A DNA stretch of 64,000 nt from a virus (taxonomy: Duplodnaviria > Heunggongvirae > Uroviricota > Caudoviricetes): IMG/VR virus record IMGVR_UViG_3300010396_000001, positions 4,320 to 68,319 of that record. One strand, 5' to 3'. The notes beneath the pieces were generated by a model. That model was not told the DNA's origin. It ran no database searches and worked only from the letters and a program-made list of their open reading frames with translations. Positions 52,844 through 62,095 of the stretch are shown in pieces. The position numbers and the translations under genes are program-made. Positions within the stretch are counted from its first letter, which is position 1. Each line of letters starts with the position of its first letter.

Positions 52844-54830
52844 TGCCGCCCTCCAGGAAGCGGACCGCGTCAGTGATGTCGCGGGTCACCTTCGCCGGGG
52901 GCAGGCTGTCGATGATCTGGCGCCCGTAGCTCTTGCTGGACAGCCGCGGGTCGAGCACCGCGATGACGCCCCGGTCGGTCTTGTGGCGGATCAGGCGGCC
53001 GGTGCCCTGGATCAGCACCAGGCTCATCGACGGGATGGTCATCATCCGGAAGTCAGCCCAGCTGCCGTACCGCCGGACCAGGGCCTCGGCGCGGGCCTTG
53101 ACCAGGACGTCGGTCGGGACCGCGAACGGCAGCTTGTCGATCACCACCAGGCTGACCGCCTCGCCCTGGATGTCCACGCCCTCGAAGAAGCTCTTCAGCC
53201 CGAACAGGACCGCGCGCCCGGCCTTCAGCTGGCGGATCAGCTCGGGCGTGGGGGCGTCGTCCTGCTTCAGCACCGTCAGGCCGAGCTGGCGGAAGGCGGG
53301 GGCCAGCCGCTGGTAGGCGTCGTTCAGGTTGGCCCGGCTGGTGTACAGCAGCAGGGCGTTGCCGTCGGCAGCCCGCACGAGCTGCTCAGTGGCCTGCTGG
53401 GCGAACACGCGCCACGACTGGGTAGCGGCCCCGCTGGGCTCGGGCAGCCCCTTGGCGGGCACGTACAGCAGCGCCTGGGAGGCGAAGTCGAACGGGGTCC
53501 CGGCGTCGAACTCGATGGCCTCGCCCGGCTTCAGGCCGCAGCCCTCGCGCAGGTAGGAGAAATCCGGTGCGCCGGTGCGCCGGTCGCGCCCGGTGGCCAG
53601 CGTCGCGGACAGCATGACCGCGGGAGTCGCGTCCCAGATGACCTCCCGCAGGAACGGCCCGGCCGACAGGGGCGCGGTGCGCAGGAACAGCCGCCTCTCC
53701 TTCGTGCCGCGGACGGTGACCTCGTTCTCCTCCAGCCAGCGGATGTCGTCCTCGCTGAGCAGGACCGCCGAGATCCGGGCGTGCCAGTCGTCGCAGCGCC
53801 GCAGCAGCCGCTGGCGGGCGATGTAGGCGGGGTCCTCGGGGTCGAGGCCCTTCACGGCCAGCACCTGCGCGCGGGCGGTCTCGATCACGTCCAGCACCGC
53901 GGTGAGCTGGTCGGCCAGGCCCAGGATGTCACGGGCGGCCAGCCGGACCGGGTCGGGCTGCCGGTTGCCGCGGTTGCGCCCGGCAAACAGGACCGCCAGG
54001 GCGCCCCACAGCTCGCCGGCCTGGGCGCTGACGTCCTCGGCGGCGGCCGGGTCGCGGTACTGGTCGTTGAAGAAGCCGGCCAGGTCGTGGCCGAGCCGGA
54101 TCAGGGCGCCCTCGCCGATGCTGTCCTCCAGCGCGCTGGTGGCCACGTCGGGCAGGTTGTGCGCCTCGTCGATCACCAGCTGCTCGTAGTCGCCGAGCAG
54201 GCTGACGGCATCGTTGCTGCGCTGGCGCAGCAGCAGGTCCTGCAGCAGGTAGGCCAGGTTGGTGACCACGATCTGCGCGCTGGCGGCCTTGTCCTTGGCG
54301 CGCTCGGCGAAGCACTGCTTGCCGAACGGGCAGTGCTTGCGGCCGGGGCACTCGGCCGAGCCCATCGACACCCCGGCCCACTCGGTACCCGGCACCGCCG
54401 GCAGGGTCTCGCGGTCGGGGATCTCGTCCTCGCCGGCCTCGGCGATGGCGCCGAGGACCTTCTGCTGGGCGAAGCTCGGGCTGGCCAGGTCGCGGATCTT
54501 CAGCAGGCACGGGTAGTTCGAGCGGCCCTTGAGGATGGCCCAGGTGAAGTCGGTGCCCAGATTGTCCTGGAGGAACTGCAGGTCGCCGATGTACTGGTTC
54601 TGCAGGGCCTTGGTCGCGGTGCCGAACACGGTGCGCTTGCCGGACAGGATCGCCGGGATGAGGGCGGCCAGGCTCTTGCCGGTGCCGCAGCCGGCCTGCA
54701 GGAGCGCGGCGCGCTGGCTGGCCAGGGCTGCCTCGACCTGGACGGCGAGGTCCATCTGGTGCGGGCGCCGGGTGTAGCCGGGGAGGCTGGCTGCGAGGGC
54801 TTCTTGCGCCTCTGCGAACGTGCTGGTCAT
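52836..54830 (-). CDS. dinG: DinG/YoaA-family ATP-dependent helicase (Fe-S type)
   Basis: QAGCGTGKS, NYPC...C...CP...C, IDEAHNL, EGVDIQG...IDKLPF, QGTGRLIR. Confidence 0.92.
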   Translation of the reverse strand: MTSTFAEAQEALAASLPGYTRRPHQMDLAVQVEAALASQRAALLQAGCGTGKSLAALIPAILSGKRTVFGTATKALQNQYIGDLQFLQDNLGTDFTWAILKGRSNYPCLLKIRDLASPSFAQQKVLGAIAEAGEDEIPDRETLPAVPGTEWAGVSMGSAECPGRKHCPFGKQCFAERAKDKAASAQIVVTNLAYLLQDLLLRQRSNDAVSLLGDYEQLVIDEAHNLPDVATSALEDSIGEGALIRLGHDLAGFFNDQYRDPAAAEDVSAQAGELWGALAVLFAGRNRGNRQPDPVRLAARDILGLADQLTAVLDVIETARAQVLAVKGLDPEDPAYIARQRLLRRCDDWHARISAVLLSEDDIRWLEENEVTVRGTKERRLFLRTAPLSAGPFLREVIWDATPAVMLSATLATGRDRRTGAPDFSYLREGCGLKPGEAIEFDAGTPFDFASQALLYVPAKGLPEPSGAATQSWRVFAQQATEQLVRAADGNALLLYTSRANLNDAYQRLAPAFRQLGLTVLKQDDAPTPELIRQLKAGRAVLFGLKSFFEGVDIQGEAVSLVVIDKLPFAVPTDVLVKARAEALVRRYGSWADFRMMTIPSMSLVLIQGTGRLIRHKTDRGVIAVLDPRLSSKSYGRQIIDSLPPAKVTRDITDAVRFLEGGIG

Positions 54831-54875
54831 CTCGTTCTCCTGCCTGTGTGGTTGTCTCGTTGTGGTGCTAATGCC

Positions 54876-54904
54876 AGCCTAGTGGCAATCTTTGTTGTAG
54901 TCAA
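54876..54904 (-). promoter_or_regulatory. SigA promoter for dinG with an operator in the spacer
   Basis: TTGACT-17-TAGGCT; CAA-N6-TTG at 54886-54897. Confidence 0.75.
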
Positions 54905-54911
54905 ACGGCAA

Positions 54912-54951
54912 AGCCCCAGGCGCGGTCGGGGGGGTGACCGCACCCGGGGCT
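54912..54951 (-). terminator. Terminator-like hairpin
   Basis: AGCCCC..GCGGTC/GACCGC..GGGGCT followed by T residues on the minus strand. Confidence 0.5.
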
Positions 54952-54974
54952 CCGTTATCCCGCGGGTTACGCCG

Positions 54975-55625
54975 TCATGCTACCGCCTGCAGATGGCGCC
55001 GTCCGGAGCGATTTGCGGTCCGCTCGAAGTCGTCCTCGTCGGTCACCAGGTGCAGGGCCTGGGCCAGGTGCGCGTCGGCCAGCGGCAGGCTGTCCGGCGG
55101 GTGGCAGCAGTAGGCCTGGGCCTCGGTCTCGGCAGGATTATCGGGCAGCAGCAGCACGTTGCCCGCCTGGCCTTGCTTCTCGATGCGCCACCGGCGCCCG
55201 CGCGAGCCGGTCAGGTCGAAGTAGCCGCGGTCGCGGTAGCTGGCCTGCTGCTCCTCGTCCAGCAGGGACATCAGCAGGCCCAGCGCCCTGTCCGCGGCCC
55301 GCAGCTGGCGCTGCCGCCGCTGCTCCGCCGCCTCGCGGGCCTGCTCGCGCGCCGCGATGTCCGCGGCGCTCTGCGGCGCCGGGGCACGGACGACCTGAAC
55401 ATTCATGGTGCCGGCGGAGATCAGGGAATTCCAGTTTTCCCAGACATAGGATTTCACTTGAATGCTATCCAGCGCCGTAGTCAGCGTGGACGTTGCCGAG
55501 ATACCGGAATTCCATGACTCCCAGGCAGGAAGAGCCATTAGCTGAGTAGTCATCGTGCACGTGGAATTACTGGTCGTGTTCAGCACATTCCAGTACTGCC
55601 AGGGCACGGTGCGGATATCGGCCAC
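54975..55625 (-). CDS. Hypothetical protein, partner of the GG-ending protein
   Basis: C-terminal YCCHP...LAQAL...DE..F...AN motif. Confidence 0.7.
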   Translation of the reverse strand: MADIRTVPWQYWNVLNTTSNSTCTMTTQLMALPAWESWNSGISATSTLTTALDSIQVKSYVWENWNSLISAGTMNVQVVRAPAPQSAADIAAREQAREAAEQRRQRQLRAADRALGLLMSLLDEEQQASYRDRGYFDLTGSRGRRWRIEKQGQAGNVLLLPDNPAETEAQAYCCHPPDSLPLADAHLAQALHLVTDEDDFERTANRSGRRHLQAVA

Positions 55626-55628
55626 GGT

Positions 55629-55949
55629 TCAGCCCCCCTGGTTGGCCTTCACCGCGATCAGGCGGCCGGCCTGCGGGTCGAACGTGCGCATGACCTCTCC
55701 CCGGACGCCCTTCTTGCCCTCGGCCCGGTAGATCATGTAGCCGGCCTCCTTCAGGCGGTTGAAGGTGGACCGGGCGCTCGCGACCTCGGCCTCCTCCTCC
55801 GGGTCCCACAGCTCCCGCTTGTCGCCGTGGTCCTGGTGCATCGTGTGGATGATGCCGATACCGCTGTCCAGCAGCCGGGCGATGTCCTCCTCGGTCAGCT
55901 CCTCGGGCTGCTCGCGCAGGGCCGTGATCTCGGACTCGGTCATGGTCAT
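55629..55949 (-). CDS. Small protein ending in GG, possibly ubiquitin-like beta-grasp
   Basis: beta-beta-alpha-beta-beta-beta pattern ending RLIAVKANQGG. Confidence 0.65.
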   Translation of the reverse strand: MTMTESEITALREQPEELTEEDIARLLDSGIGIIHTMHQDHGDKRELWDPEEEAEVASARSTFNRLKEAGYMIYRAEGKKGVRGEVMRTFDPQAGRLIAVKANQGG

Positions 55950-55987
55950 GGGACTCTCCTCGCGCAGGGGATCCAGGGTGTCAGCTG

Positions 55988-56016
55988 ACGGTAGCGTCCT
56001 GCCCGGAGACGGTCAA
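55988..56016 (-). promoter_or_regulatory. SigA-like promoter for the GG-protein pair
   Basis: TTGACC-17-TACCGT. Confidence 0.6.
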
Positions 56017-56049
56017 GAGACCTTACATGATCCGGTAGCATGGCGCCCC

Positions 56050-56700
56050 ATGCGGAAGATGAGTTCTGATCAGCACTACGGTCACCTCAGGATCAGCGAG
56101 CTGACCGGGCGGCCATTCCGCTCCGGCGCCGCAGGCGTGGCTGACATGAATGCCTACCTGATTGCCCGGCACAATGAGTTCGTGCAGCCCGAGGATGAGT
56201 TCTGGAGCCTGGGTGACTTTGCCCTGGGGCAGATCAGGGAAACGCTGCCGATCGCTGGCCAGCTGAACGGGCGGCGCAAGATCCTGGTCGCGGGCAACCA
56301 CGATCGCTGCTGGGCCGGGGCCCGTAACAGCGCCGGGTGGGATCGCCGTTACCTGGAGGCGGGCTTCAGCCGGGTGATGGCCGGCTCGCCGCCGTGCTGC
56401 CCGACGATGATCATCGCCGGGCAGGTCGTGTCCCTGTCGCACTTTCCCTGGCACGGCGGCGGCGACTCTCGCGAGACCGAGCGTCACGCCGAGCACCGGC
56501 TTGCTGACACCGGCGGCTGGCTGCTGCATGGCCACGTCCACGAGAAATGGCGCCAGCGGGGCCGGATGATCAACGTGGGAGTCGATGCCTGGGGCGGCCG
56601 GCCAGTCTCCGAGGAGGAGATCACCGGGCTGATCGAGGCGGGCCCGCGGGACCTGGCCCCGCTGCCGTGGCCGGACATGCCGGAGGCCCTGGCCGGCTGA
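56050..56700 (+). CDS. Calcineurin-like metallophosphoesterase
   Basis: SDQHYGH, LGDF, GNHD, SHFP, HGHVH. Confidence 0.9.
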   Translation: MRKMSSDQHYGHLRISELTGRPFRSGAAGVADMNAYLIARHNEFVQPEDEFWSLGDFALGQIRETLPIAGQLNGRRKILVAGNHDRCWAGARNSAGWDRRYLEAGFSRVMAGSPPCCPTMIIAGQVVSLSHFPWHGGGDSRETERHAEHRLADTGGWLLHGHVHEKWRQRGRMINVGVDAWGGRPVSEEEITGLIEAGPRDLAPLPWPDMPEALAG

Positions 56701-56722
56701 CCAGGGCCTCCGGGCGAGGATG

Positions 56723-57151
56723 TCAGGCGCCCTTGCGCTGCGTCTTCATCCAGTTCGTGACGTGAATGCCGGTAGCCAGCTCGGACGGGGGCTCGCCGAT
56801 CGGGAACGGGACCAGCTGACCCGGGAGGATGTCGAAGTAGGGGTCCGGCCCGAATAGCGGGATGACATGCTGCAGGCGGATGTGGCAGCGGCTGCAGGCG
56901 TGCTGGTCACGTCCGCGCTCATCCTTCTCCGGAAGCTCACAGCCGCGAGCGCAGATCATCTGGTAGCAGGCCGGGCAGCGGCGGGGGATCAGCTCCAGCC
57001 GCAGCACGTGACGGCGCTGGCGCTCGATTGGCCCCAGCAGGGCATCCTCGTGGGTCAGCCACATGCGCTCATCGTCGGTGAACGTGATGTCGAACAAGGC
57101 GGCCAGGGCATCTACGGCGTCGGCAGTAAGCCTGTCGGTGGGGTTAGTCAT
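56723..57151 (-). CDS. Zinc-ribbon hypothetical protein
   Basis: CPAC and CSRC pairs. Confidence 0.6.
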   Translation of the reverse strand: MTNPTDRLTADAVDALAALFDITFTDDERMWLTHEDALLGPIERQRRHVLRLELIPRRCPACYQMICARGCELPEKDERGRDQHACSRCHIRLQHVIPLFGPDPYFDILPGQLVPFPIGEPPSELATGIHVTNWMKTQRKGA

Positions 57152-57212
57152 CTCGGGATACCTCCTGAAGATTGGCTGTCAGCAGATTGATTCTCGGTGA
57201 GAGTGCCTTTCG

Positions 57213-57740
57213 TTAACCTCCTGTCCGCGATCCGATCAGGGTGCCGCCCAGCAGCCTGCGCGGGCGGCGGGGCTTCAGCAGCTCGCTGATGTCGAAGTCG
57301 GCCCAGCGGCTGAGGTTCCCGGCCGACAGGGCCGTCCAGCCCTCGCGCTGGAGGTGCCGGACCCAGGCCCGGGTGGGGCAGCCGTCCAGCCTCAGCGCGG
57401 CTGCGTCCTGCCAGCCCTCGGCCGGGGAGAACACCTGCGTGACCCGCGGCCGGGCGCCGTGCTCCAGCGGGCGGCTGGCGAAGTACTCCTCGACCGGCTG
57501 GAGCAGCTGCTCGGCCAGGGGAACCGTGTCCCACTCGGCGATCCTGGTGAAGTTCAGGTTGTACCAGGTCTTCATGCGCTTCTCGACTGACGGCTGGGAG
57601 ACTCCGCGCAGGATGACTTCCCACGTGCTGCTGCCGTGGTACCGGGCGACTCCGGCATAGCAGTAGCTGCCCGAGGTTCTCAGCTCGACCCGGCTGCCGT
57701 CAGGAGCCTTCCCGACCAGGGTCTTCTTCGTTCCGCTCAT
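57213..57740 (-). CDS. Hypothetical protein
   Basis: GAGG RBS; promoter upstream. Confidence 0.6.
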   Translation of the reverse strand: MSGTKKTLVGKAPDGSRVELRTSGSYCYAGVARYHGSSTWEVILRGVSQPSVEKRMKTWYNLNFTRIAEWDTVPLAEQLLQPVEEYFASRPLEHGARPRVTQVFSPAEGWQDAAALRLDGCPTRAWVRHLQREGWTALSAGNLSRWADFDISELLKPRRPRRLLGGTLIGSRTGG

Positions 57741-57768
57741 GTCCCTGCCTCCTCGTCGTCCTGAGCCC

Positions 57769-57807
57769 ACCCTATGCTCGATGCCAGGAGATTGTCAAAC
57801 TTCCTTG
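57769..57807 (-). promoter_or_regulatory. SigA promoter with an operator overlapping -35
   Basis: TTGACA-18-TAGGGT; CAA-ACTTCC-TTG identical in core to the copy at 35561. Confidence 0.65.
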
Positions 57808-57884
57808 CAGCCTGCTGTCACCAGGACCGGCGGCTGCCGCGAGAAGAAGATCTCCGGTAACATGCGCACTGAAAGGAGGCAGTC

Positions 57885-58211
57885 ATGAATGCCGAATTCG
57901 ACCTGCTTGTCTCGCAGGCCGTCTCGCATGCGCGCCTCCTGGAAAGGGCGCTGCATGACTCCGGCCCGTGGTGGGCTGTTACGTACGGCTCCCACACGGA
58001 ATGCCGCGTTCCTGTCTCCCGGACGGTGCTGGCCGCGGAGCGCCGCATCATGCTGATCGCCTACCTGACTCGCGGCTGCGAGCGCATTTCCGCGGTCGAG
58101 ATCTACTGTGCCGGAGAGCTGGTAACGGCACGGGAAATAGCGGATGAGCCCTCGGCTCCGTGCCGTATCGCGCTGAGCGTCGGAATCGGCGCGCCCGAGC
58201 CCGCATGGTAG
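57885..58211 (+). CDS. Hypothetical protein
   Basis: AAAGGAGG RBS. Confidence 0.65.
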   Translation: MNAEFDLLVSQAVSHARLLERALHDSGPWWAVTYGSHTECRVPVSRTVLAAERRIMLIAYLTRGCERISAVEIYCAGELVTAREIADEPSAPCRIALSVGIGAPEPAW

Positions 58212-59740
58212 CCGCTGAATTCACCCCGCCCCGGCTGATCGAGTTCCAGCTGGACGGTGCTGCCCTGGCGTGCGTGCGGCGTCACATGCTGGCCGCCTGG
58301 GACACCGGGACCGGGAAATCCGGCCTGGCTCTCGGGGCGGCCTGCATGGCGCTGCAGGACGGCACGGACATCGTGATCATCGTTTGCGAGCCCAACAAGA
58401 TCGCCGAGTGGGTGGCTGACCTCGGGATCTTCACTACGATCAGGCCTGAGGACATCGCGGTGTATCACGGCCCGCGGCGCTCCGGGCTCCTCGCCAGCCT
58501 GCCGGCCGTGCTGATCACCACCTATGACATCATCCGCCAGGACGGTGCCCTGGTGGCAGGGCCGCGCAAGATGACCGACGGGCCGCTGCTGGATGCCCTG
58601 GCCGGGCTCGACGTCATGGTGGTCTATGACGAGATCAGCATCCTGGGCAACCGGGGATCGCGCCGGTACCGGGCTCACCACCACTTCCTGGAGCGGCTGC
58701 GCGCCCGCGGCAGCACCCGGCGCCTCGGCCTGACCGCCACCCCGGTCGAGACTGGCTACGAGAACCTGTTCTCCGAGCTGCGCCTGATCGTTCCCCAGGC
58801 AATGCCCATGATCAAGGAATTCGACAAGAAGGTCATTGCCTACCGCGATCCCACCCGGTATTACCAGGCCCACTACCGGCCCGAGGGGATTACGTGGTTC
58901 CGGGAGATCTGCGCTCCCTGGATCCTGCGCAAGCGCAAGACCGATCCCGATGTCGTCGAGCAGTTCCCGCCTTTTACCGAGAAGTTCATCCTCTGCCCGC
59001 TGCACGCGGACCAGAAGGCCCTGTACCGGCGCCTGGAGGACCTGGCCTGGGATGAGAGCGGCAGTTACCAGAAGGTGGCCGGGCTGGCCCCGCTGCTGCG
59101 CCAGCTGGCTGGGGATCCCCTCGCCGTCCGCGAGGCTGCCGCGCACGGAGATTCCGCCCTGGCCTGCATCATGTGGGAAGAAATGGAGCCCGAGCTGAAA
59201 GGATGCTCCTCGGGAAAGGCCGAGGAGCTGGTCCGCCAGCTGGAGTTCATCTGCGGGAACGGCCACAAGGCCATCGTCTTCACGTTCTTCGCCCACACGG
59301 TGCTCCCCGCGCTGGCCGAGCGGCTGGCCGGGTTCAGCGTCTTCACCTACCACGGCGGGATGGCGCGCGGGGTCCAGGAGCAGGCCAAGGCCGGATTCCT
59401 GGCTGCCCCGGGCGCTGCCGTGCTGCTGGCCTCCGACGCGGCGGCCCGCGGCATCAACCTGCCCGGCATCCCCTACGTCATCGAGTACGAGGCGGCCCGC
59501 ACGCACGCCATCCGCACCCAGCGCGCCGGCCGGGCTCACCGCCTCGGGTCGGGCGTGCCGGTTACCATGATCACCCTGGTGGCCGAGGGCACCATGGAAG
59601 ACGCCCGTGCCATTCCCCGCCTGCTGGACCGCAACGAGCAGCAGGATGTCATCCTGGGGGACTCCGGTGCCGAGAATTACGTCACCGCTGACGACCGGCG
59701 CGAGATGTTCGCCCGCGCGAGGAGGAGGAAGCTATCGTGA
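58205..59740 (+). CDS. SNF2/SF2-like helicase
   Basis: DTGTGKS, YDEIS, LGLTATP, ASDAAARGINL, QRAGRAHRLG. Confidence 0.85.
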   Translation: MVAAEFTPPRLIEFQLDGAALACVRRHMLAAWDTGTGKSGLALGAACMALQDGTDIVIIVCEPNKIAEWVADLGIFTTIRPEDIAVYHGPRRSGLLASLPAVLITTYDIIRQDGALVAGPRKMTDGPLLDALAGLDVMVVYDEISILGNRGSRRYRAHHHFLERLRARGSTRRLGLTATPVETGYENLFSELRLIVPQAMPMIKEFDKKVIAYRDPTRYYQAHYRPEGITWFREICAPWILRKRKTDPDVVEQFPPFTEKFILCPLHADQKALYRRLEDLAWDESGSYQKVAGLAPLLRQLAGDPLAVREAAAHGDSALACIMWEEMEPELKGCSSGKAEELVRQLEFICGNGHKAIVFTFFAHTVLPALAERLAGFSVFTYHGGMARGVQEQAKAGFLAAPGAAVLLASDAAARGINLPGIPYVIEYEAARTHAIRTQRAGRAHRLGSGVPVTMITLVAEGTMEDARAIPRLLDRNEQQDVILGDSGAENYVTADDRREMFARARRRKLS

Positions 59741-60090
59741 AGCTCTCTGACATCGTCGAAAAGAAAGTCCTTAGTGGAATAAAAGGCCTCTCCGACCATG
59801 GGGTATTGCAGGTCGAGCGCGAGCAGTACGACTGGGAGTGCTGGCCGTTCCCGCAGCCGTCACCGGACGGCAAGGGCACCATCACCACCTACATCATCGC
59901 GCTTTTCTACCCGGCCGGTCCCTCCGATCACGTCACGCACGCCCGGGTGCTGCTCGACCCCTATTACCCCCAGCAGAAGGTGGACGAGCTGATCTGGCTG
60001 ATGGTGCAGGATATCCGCGCCGAGCTGGAGGCATTCGGCGCTATCCCGGCCGCCCCGGCGAGGTCACCGGGCGGCCTGATCCCCGGCTGA
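59737..60090 (+). CDS. Hypothetical protein
   Basis: GTGA coupling. Confidence 0.6.
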   Translation: MKLSDIVEKKVLSGIKGLSDHGVLQVEREQYDWECWPFPQPSPDGKGTITTYIIALFYPAGPSDHVTHARVLLDPYYPQQKVDELIWLMVQDIRAELEAFGAIPAAPARSPGGLIPG

Positions 60091-60134
60091 GGCATGGAAG
60101 CCTTAGGGATTCCCTGCTCCCAGCCGGAGGCGGT

Positions 60135-60845
60135 ATGTCGAAGATCATCGTAGTGGACTATGCGTTCGAGCACCCGACGGTCGAGCAGCTGAAGGGCGCC
60201 GGCATCACCGACGTCGGCCGGTACTTCGGCCAGGGGGACTCCGAGCCGAAGAACCTCAACCTGGCCGAGGCCAACGCCCTGGCCGCCGCGGGCATCAGGA
60301 TCTTCTCCATCTTCGAGTACGCCGCCCAGCAGGCCCTCGGCGGCGCGGCCCAGGCCAAGGCTGACGTCGCCCTGTTCCGCGAGCAGCGCGCCGCGGTGAA
60401 GATGCCGGCCGACCGGCCGTGCTACTTCGCCAGCGACTTCGACGTCCCGGACTATGACCCCTCGGTCCCCGACACCCCGGCTAACGCCAAGGCCAAACTC
60501 GGCCCGGTGTACGACTACTACCACACCATCCGCGAGGAGATCGGCGGCAACGCCGGAGCTTACGGCGGCTACTACCTCATCAGGCGCCTGTTCGACTCCG
60601 GGTGCATCAGCTGGGGATTCCAGACGGTCGCCTGGTCCGGGGGCCAGTGGGACAAGCGCGCCTGCCTGCGCCAGCTGGCTGAGACCGAGTTCGGCAACGC
60701 CGCTGACGTGGATGTCCCCGAGCGCACTGACTTCGGCCAGTGGAAGCCGGGCGAGGTCATCAACCCGAAGCCGCAGCCCGGCCCGACCCGGGCCCAGGCC
60801 CTCGTCGCCGCCCGGACCGTGGTGTCCTACCTGGAGAAGCACTGA
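60135..60845 (+). CDS. Endolysin, DUF1906/GH25-like muramidase
   Basis: VGRYF...IFEY...YFASDFD...GAYGGY...WQ/FQTVAWS. Confidence 0.85.
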   Translation: MSKIIVVDYAFEHPTVEQLKGAGITDVGRYFGQGDSEPKNLNLAEANALAAAGIRIFSIFEYAAQQALGGAAQAKADVALFREQRAAVKMPADRPCYFASDFDVPDYDPSVPDTPANAKAKLGPVYDYYHTIREEIGGNAGAYGGYYLIRRLFDSGCISWGFQTVAWSGGQWDKRACLRQLAETEFGNAADVDVPERTDFGQWKPGEVINPKPQPGPTRAQALVAARTVVSYLEKH

Positions 60846-61075
60846 TGCCCGGCCCCGGAAGCACCGAAGGCACCCCTTCGCCTGTGCTGCGTCAGTGCGG
60901 GGTCTGCCACGTCTCCGACACAGGGCCGATGCACATCGCGGCCACCGTGACCGGTGTCGTGGTGTTCGACCGCCACTTCGCGTGCTGCGCCCGGGTGGGA
61001 TGCCCGGACGGCAGTTGCGACGCGATCATGGCGGAGGCCGGGAGTGGGCAGTCTCGATCAGGCGTACTCGAATAA
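60845..61075 (+). CDS. Small Cys/His-rich protein
   Basis: CGVC...H...H..CC...C...C; TGATG coupling. Confidence 0.6.
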   Translation: MPGPGSTEGTPSPVLRQCGVCHVSDTGPMHIAATVTGVVVFDRHFACCARVGCPDGSCDAIMAEAGSGQSRSGVLE

Positions 61076-61442
61076 GCTCCTGAACCAGTCAACGACGGAG
61101 GCGTCCGCGCCGACGACAACGTCTCCGCTGCACTGCCGCCTGATGACGGTGAACGGCAGCTCCACGGTCAACGGCACCGAGCTGGCCACCAGCGGCGGCT
61201 ACACCTCCGGCACCGGTGCCCCGACGATCACCTTCGCCGCTGCCGCCGCGGGCTCGACTTCCTCGAACTCGGCCGTCACCGTGACCAACATGCCCGCGAC
61301 CACGATCAACGGCATCGAGCTGTGGGACTCCTCCGGGACGCCCCAGCGCGTGTGGTGGGGCGCCCTGGCGGCGGCCAAGACCACCAACGCCGGAGACACG
61401 TTCTCGATCCTGACCGGCCAGCTCACGCTGGCCTTCCCGTGA
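61044..61442 (+). CDS. Putative virion or tail-fibre-associated protein
   Basis: GGAGG RBS; GIELWDS...GDTF.I..GQL motif. Confidence 0.65.
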   Translation: MGSLDQAYSNKLLNQSTTEASAPTTTSPLHCRLMTVNGSSTVNGTELATSGGYTSGTGAPTITFAAAAAGSTSSNSAVTVTNMPATTINGIELWDSSGTPQRVWWGALAAAKTTNAGDTFSILTGQLTLAFP

Positions 61443-61450
61443 GGTGAGCC

Positions 61451-62095
61451 ATGCCCGGCGGTGAGACCCCGACAGCCCTGAGCTACCAGGGCAACATCGT
61501 CCAGCCGACCCCGGCCGAGAACGAGGGCAGCGTCGCCGCCCCGGCCGGCGGGGCGACGATCGTCACCCTCAGCCCGGTGCCCGGCACCTACACGGTGTCG
61601 TGGGACGTGGGCTTCACCGCGGGCACCCCGGTCTCGGCGACCGACTCGAACAACTTCGGCCTCTACCTGGGTGCCACCCTCCTGCTGACCTCGGCCAACT
61701 CAGGGGGCTCCCTGGGCATGACGCAGCAGGCCCCGGTACAGGTCACCGAGCCGCTGGCCGCCACCGCGGTAGCGGTCAAGGCGATCGGCGCGGGCACCGC
61801 CGGCGTCACCTACGCGGCCCAGCTCGTGCTGACGCCGGTGGCTGCCGTCTCGCCCGACGACCCGCTGGCTCCCTACAACCCGCTGACAATCGACGGGACT
61901 TCGGTCAACGTGACCAGCACCCCGGCCAACCTGGCCGTCACGATGGCCGGCTTCGACCTCGGGGCCCAGTCCGAGTGCCAGCTGGGCAAGGGCTCGAACG
62001 TGCCCTCGGGCACCACCGACTTCGGCTTCGTGGACACCACCTACCTGCCCACGCAGGCCCAGCAGCTGGCGGGCATGCAGGCCTGCCAGTTCTAG
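61451..62095 (+). CDS. Putative virion protein
   Basis: GAGG RBS; beta-rich. Confidence 0.6.
   Translation: MPGGETPTALSYQGNIVQPTPAENEGSVAAPAGGATIVTLSPVPGTYTVSWDVGFTAGTPVSATDSNNFGLYLGATLLLTSANSGGSLGMTQQAPVQVTEPLAATAVAVKAIGAGTAGVTYAAQLVLTPVAAVSPDDPLAPYNPLTIDGTSVNVTSTPANLAVTMAGFDLGAQSECQLGKGSNVPSGTTDFGFVDTTYLPTQAQQLAGMQACQF

Noticed and set aside
52836-54830. Type IV CRISPR-associated DinG
   Set aside because: No cas genes or repeat-spacer array in the window.
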